A stretch of DNA of 63,724 nucleotides, filler included, from Candidatus Zapsychrus exili (lineage in GTDB: Bacteria > Omnitrophota > Gorgyraeia > Zapsychrales > Zapsychraceae), in NCBI GenBank assembly GCA_030765585.1. It is 5 parts of 5 records of this genome, joined end to end, with 100 filler letters (N's around TTAATTAATTAA, not from the genome) between each part and the next. Parts side by side here need not be neighbours in the genome. Positions count along the whole stretch, not along the records: positions 56,683 to 63,724 come from JAVCCJ010000087.1; 4 more parts are not named here. The stretch is one strand, 5' to 3'. The position numbers and the translations under genes are program-made. Of the stretch, positions 59,789 to 63,724 are shown piece after piece. The stretch's first letter is position 1, and each line of letters starts with the position of its first letter. Below the pieces are notes generated by a model, which had not been told where the DNA came from, did no database searches, and worked only from the letters and a program-made list of their open reading frames with translations.

Positions 59789-61582
59789 TTAGGCCTGAAA
59801 TTGCATAGAATGAAGCCTTTTGTAAAGTTCACAACTTTCCAAAAGCTCATGATGTTTTCCTATTCCTACAACTTTGCCGCCTTCTAAAACAACTATTTTA
59901 TCTGCTTTTTTTATTGTTGAAAACCTGTGAGCTATTGCAATAACCGTTCTTCCTCTCATAAGCTCGTCTAAAGCTTCTTGAACATACTTTTCTGATTCAG
60001 AATCTAATTGAGACGTCGCCTCATCTAAGATTAGAATAGGAGCATTCCTTAATATTGCCCTTGCTATTGAAAGTCTCTGCTTCTCTCCACCAGACAAACG
60101 AAAACCTCTATCCCCTATTAAAGTATCATATCCTTGCGGCATACCAGCTATAAAGTTATGAGCAAAAGCATTTTTCGCAGCATTTTCTATTACCTGCTGT
60201 TCAACACCAATCTTTCCATATGATATATTTGACTTAACTGTATCATTAAAAAGAATACTTTCCTGAGTCACAACTCCTATCTGATTTCTTAAAGATGAGA
60301 ACGTTGCGTCCTTCACATTAACTCCGTCAAAAGTCACAGCGCCGTCACACGCATCATAGAATCTTGGTATCAAGTTAACCAATGTCGTCTTACCAACTCC
60401 AGTAGGACCTACTATAGCAACAAGTTCACCTTTTTTTATCTCTAAATTTATATTCTCAAGTACAAGTCCAGATTCATGATAATAATGAAAGCTAACATTG
60501 TCTAACTTTATAGAATCTTTCAATTCAGGCAACACAATTGAGTCCGACTTTTCTTTTACTGTTATTTCTGCATCAAAAATATCATAAATTCTTTTATTAG
60601 CTGCCAATGCCTGCTGTGTCAAAGCATTGACATTTCCAAGTTTTTTAATTGGACTTATAAGCGAAAGTACTGCTCCAAAAAATAATATAAATACACCAAA
60701 AGATAGCTGGCCTTCAAAAAGCCTGTTTCCAAACCACAAAAGCATACCAACCCCAAGGAATCCACCTATAATATCCGTAACAGGAGAAATAACTATTAAT
60801 CTTTTTATTGACTGAACTTTAAGCTTATAATAGGCATTATTTTGATCTTTAAATCTTTTTGTTTCGTAGTCTTCTGTGCATGATGCCTTAACTAGCTTTA
60901 CCCCAGAAATTGTCTCAAGCAAAAGTGAATTTATATCTGCCATTTTCTCCTGCGTTCCCTTAGAAATCTTTTTCAATTTACTACCTATCTTGGCCATTGG
61001 CAACGCAATCAAAGGAAAGATAATAAATATAACAAAAGATGCTTTAGGGTCTATTATAAATGCTGTTGACATCCACATAATAATTATAAAACTCTGCCTA
61101 CAAAGATCAGTAATACCATAAGAAACTGCATTTTCAACAACATTAACATCAAAAGTGATTCTCGAAACTAATTCTCCAGTTCTTTTCTTACTAAAATAAT
61201 CTAATGAAAGGGATTGTATCTTATCATAAAGGCTTACTCGAATATCCCTCATTATCCTCTGAGAAACCTCACTCATTAAATATTGATAAATAAAAGTTAA
61301 AAAACTCTTAAGAAGAAGCGCAACAATAAAAACAACTAAAAACAAAGAAAAAAGCTCTTTAGGTTGTATAGCATTAAGCTTGTCAACTATGATAGATAAA
61401 AATTGTGGAAGCTCATTTGGAACTACAATTTTATTATCATTAAATATCCTATCTGTCATAGGAACAAGTAAGGATAGCTGAAAAACCTCGAAAAAACTTG
61501 ATATAAACATCGTAAAAGCTGCTAATGCAAATATCTTCTTCTTGCCATGTAAAAATTTTAAAAGTCTTATATAGTTTTCCAT
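59789..61582 (-). CDS. msbA: MsbA-like ABC exporter
   Basis: TMD + NBD (GPTGVGKT, RFYD, LSGGEKQR, DEATS); divergent from lpxB. Confidence 0.78.
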   Translation of the reverse strand: MENYIRLLKFLHGKKKIFALAAFTMFISSFFEVFQLSLLVPMTDRIFNDNKIVVPNELPQFLSIIVDKLNAIQPKELFSLFLVVFIVALLLKSFLTFIYQYLMSEVSQRIMRDIRVSLYDKIQSLSLDYFSKKRTGELVSRITFDVNVVENAVSYGITDLCRQSFIIIMWMSTAFIIDPKASFVIFIIFPLIALPMAKIGSKLKKISKGTQEKMADINSLLLETISGVKLVKASCTEDYETKRFKDQNNAYYKLKVQSIKRLIVISPVTDIIGGFLGVGMLLWFGNRLFEGQLSFGVFILFFGAVLSLISPIKKLGNVNALTQQALAANKRIYDIFDAEITVKEKSDSIVLPELKDSIKLDNVSFHYYHESGLVLENINLEIKKGELVAIVGPTGVGKTTLVNLIPRFYDACDGAVTFDGVNVKDATFSSLRNQIGVVTQESILFNDTVKSNISYGKIGVEQQVIENAAKNAFAHNFIAGMPQGYDTLIGDRGFRLSGGEKQRLSIARAILRNAPILILDEATSQLDSESEKYVQEALDELMRGRTVIAIAHRFSTIKKADKIVVLEGGKVVGIGKHHELLESCELYKRLHSMQFQA

Positions 61583-61607
61583 AAGTTTGAGGATATTACC
61601 ATATCGA

Positions 61608-61636
61608 TTGACATTTGTCGAGCCATTTGTTATAGT
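61608..61636 (+). promoter_or_regulatory. Putative sigma70 promoter of lpxB
   Basis: TTGACA-17 nt-TATAGT with TG extended -10. Confidence 0.65.
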
Positions 61637-61689
61637 TTCCCTACAATTACTATTAATAGATATATCATTAGAACTAAAAGCAGAATCTT

Positions 61690-62832
61690 ATGGAAAACTC
61701 TAAAAAACATATAATTATAATAGCTGGTGAAGCATCTGGTGATATGCATGCAGCTAAACTAGTAAATGAGATAAAAAAGATTGACCCTTCTATATCCTTC
61801 TCTGGATTAGGCGGATCCAACATGGAAGCATCCGGAGTTAAACTGTATTGCAATCTTACAAAGCTAGCTATCGTAGGTTTTTATGAAGTGCTTAAGCATT
61901 ACAAAGAGATACGACAAATTTTTTACTCCACTCTTGATAAAATAAAAGAAGTCAAACCCTCTGCTGTTATTTTAGTAGACTATCCTGGCTTTAATCTACG
62001 GTTAGCTAAAGAAATAAAGAAATTAGGGATAAAGGTTATCTACTACGTTAGCCCTCAAATTTGGGCATGGAAGAAAAACAGAGTGTATTCAATAAAGAAA
62101 AATGTGGACAAAATGCTCGTATTCTTTGCATTCGAGAAAGACCTATATGATAAATATGATGTAAATGCTGACTTTGTTGGACATCCCTTAATTGATATTG
62201 TAAAGACAACAAAATCAAAAGAAGAGTTTGTTAATGACAACAAACTAGATAATGACAAACTGACAATAGGCATACTACCTGGATCGCGCAAAAAAGAAAT
62301 TGAAACTTTGCTTCCTATAATGTTGAATTCTGCAAAAATTCTTTCTCAAAAATATAACAACATTCAATTTATTATAAGTAAAGCCCCTACCATAGACAGG
62401 TCTCTTATCGACGAGCACTTAGACGACAGCATAAATGCAACAATTGTTGAACAAGACTATTACAATGCTATAAAAGCATGTGATGTATGTATGGTTACAT
62501 CAGGAACTGCAACCCTAGAAACTACTATTTTAGAAAAGCCAATGGTCATTGTTTACAAAACATCTCTCATAACTTGGTTACTTATAATGTCATTTGTAAA
62601 AATTCGCTACGTTGGCCTAGCCAACATTATTGCAGGAAAAGAAATAATCCCGGAATGCATTCAATTTAATGCAAAAGCAGATATTATTGCTAAGAGGCTA
62701 GAAGAAATTTTTACCAATGAATCAAAAATGTCTTCAATAAAATCTGAATTGAAACTAGTAAAGGAATATATAGGATCTTCTGGGGCCAGCCAAAACGCAG
62801 CAAAAAGCGTAATGCGAGTATTACAACTATAA
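61690..62832 (+). CDS. lpxB: Lipid-A-disaccharide synthase
   Basis: AGEASGD, VDYPGFN, SPQIWAWK, FVGHP, LPGSR, SGTATLE. Confidence 0.96.
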   Translation: MENSKKHIIIIAGEASGDMHAAKLVNEIKKIDPSISFSGLGGSNMEASGVKLYCNLTKLAIVGFYEVLKHYKEIRQIFYSTLDKIKEVKPSAVILVDYPGFNLRLAKEIKKLGIKVIYYVSPQIWAWKKNRVYSIKKNVDKMLVFFAFEKDLYDKYDVNADFVGHPLIDIVKTTKSKEEFVNDNKLDNDKLTIGILPGSRKKEIETLLPIMLNSAKILSQKYNNIQFIISKAPTIDRSLIDEHLDDSINATIVEQDYYNAIKACDVCMVTSGTATLETTILEKPMVIVYKTSLITWLLIMSFVKIRYVGLANIIAGKEIIPECIQFNAKADIIAKRLEEIFTNESKMSSIKSELKLVKEYIGSSGASQNAAKSVMRVLQL

Positions 62833-62883
62833 CGCTAAACTTTCCACCCCGCTACATTATTATCCTATAATGATAAAATAATG

Positions 62884-63435
62884 CTACGGGGTCCACTTAA
62901 TCGAACATCCCATAGATGGATTTTGATCTTTTTGAACGCCAAGTCCTGAGGCATGATTATTAAGAGCTTCTTTGAGCTCTTGGCGGGTTACCTTGTCTTC
63001 TTCTTTCCAGTTATCATCTATTCTTCCATGGTATATAAGCTCTTTGTTTTCATTAAACAAATATATATCAGGAGTACATTGCGCTTTAAACGATTTTGCT
63101 ACATCCTGAGTCTCATCAACTAAATAAGGAAAATCTATTTTCCACTGCTCTATCTTTTCCTTCATTGCATCAGAGCTATCTTCTGGATAATCTGAATTTA
63201 TATTTGGATTTATAGCAATAGCACTTATTTTCATTCCCTTAGCATATTTTGCTAATTCTATCAATCTTGGCCACACAGCTATAGCGTAAGGGCAATGGTT
63301 GCAAGTAAAAGCCAGCAATAAACCTCTTAGACCATAAAGATCGTTGCTCTTAAAAACATTGCCCATAGGATCTTTAAGTTCAAATTTTGGCATTTTAGTG
63401 CCTAGAGGTATAAGTACAGATTCTAATAAGGCCAT
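62884..63435 (-). CDS. AhpC/TSA-like thioredoxin family protein
   Basis: FTCNHCPY, YPEDS, FPYLVD, CTPD, GRIDD, SMGCSIKW. Confidence 0.92.
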   Translation of the reverse strand: MALLESVLIPLGTKMPKFELKDPMGNVFKSNDLYGLRGLLLAFTCNHCPYAIAVWPRLIELAKYAKGMKISAIAINPNINSDYPEDSSDAMKEKIEQWKIDFPYLVDETQDVAKSFKAQCTPDIYLFNENKELIYHGRIDDNWKEEDKVTRQELKEALNNHASGLGVQKDQNPSMGCSIKWTP

Positions 63436-63437
63436 TT

Positions 63438-63724
63438 TTACCCTAAATAAACATCTATTTGTTCTAATTTCTTGTTTCTAACATCTTTTGAATAAGGCTC
63501 TGGAATTGACTGAGATTTAATCGTAACTACCTTCTTTGTAAAATATTTTAAGCGAATCTCTTTAATTTCAGCAGCACCTTTACCAAACGTATCTTTTCTT
63601 TTAGGATTATGGTAAACAACCAAGGTATTCTCTAACAAATTAAATGCATATACATTCTTTGGCAATTTTATTTCTTTTTCTTTTCCATTTACATCAAAAA
63701 ACTTCAAAATGCTTTCTTTCTTCG
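63438..63724 (-). CDS. C-terminal fragment of a larger protein, possibly a glycoside phosphorylase
   Basis: Frame open to window edge; YAFNLL..TLVVYHNPKRKDTFG recalled from beta-1,3-glucan phosphorylase-like C-termini (unverified). Confidence 0.4.
   Translation of the reverse strand, partial: KKESILKFFDVNGKEKEIKLPKNVYAFNLLENTLVVYHNPKRKDTFGKGAAEIKEIRLKYFTKKVVTIKSQSIPEPYSKDVRNKKLEQIDVYLG

Overview
Low-GC bacterial draft-genome (MAG-like) window made of five contigs. They are joined by four artificial 100-bp spacers (N44-TTAATTAATTAA-N44 at 12210, 16261, 44023, 56583), so adjacency across spacers is not biological. The content suggests a diderm (lpxB, msbA, TonB receptor), probably PVC-superphylum bacterium such as Ca. 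Omnitrophota. This is inference from a SpoVG with a Zn-ribbon insert, a short EF-Ts and the ispE-spoVG-tRNAGln-glmU-prs-rplY-pth-rpsF-ssb-rpsR-rplI-dnaB order. Contig 1 (1-12209): B12/methionine locus (radical SAM-metH, metF, BtuM-like transporter, cobalamin riboswitch, BtuB-like receptor) plus an extremely acidic secreted protein. Contig 2: surface-polysaccharide genes (MarR-EPS regulator, pseB with an apparently lost start codon, epimerase, GT2, nucleotidyltransferase). Contig 3: housekeeping run, GH5, PAS hybrid kinase/Hpt. Contig 4: secY-to-rplQ ribosomal cluster, aspC, pilT, icd-like and a lipB-lipoyl carrier-GT28-acyltransferase operon. Contig 5: tRNAs, rpsB-tsf-pyrH-frr, msbA/lpxB. No CRISPR array, prophage or transposase was seen. 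Most notable: the lipoyl-carrier/glycolipid operon, the acidic protein, many different and sometimes nested REP-like palindromes, and four small ORFs absent from the ORF track (bS22, L36, two unknown). All family calls are by eye from motifs; no searches were run.
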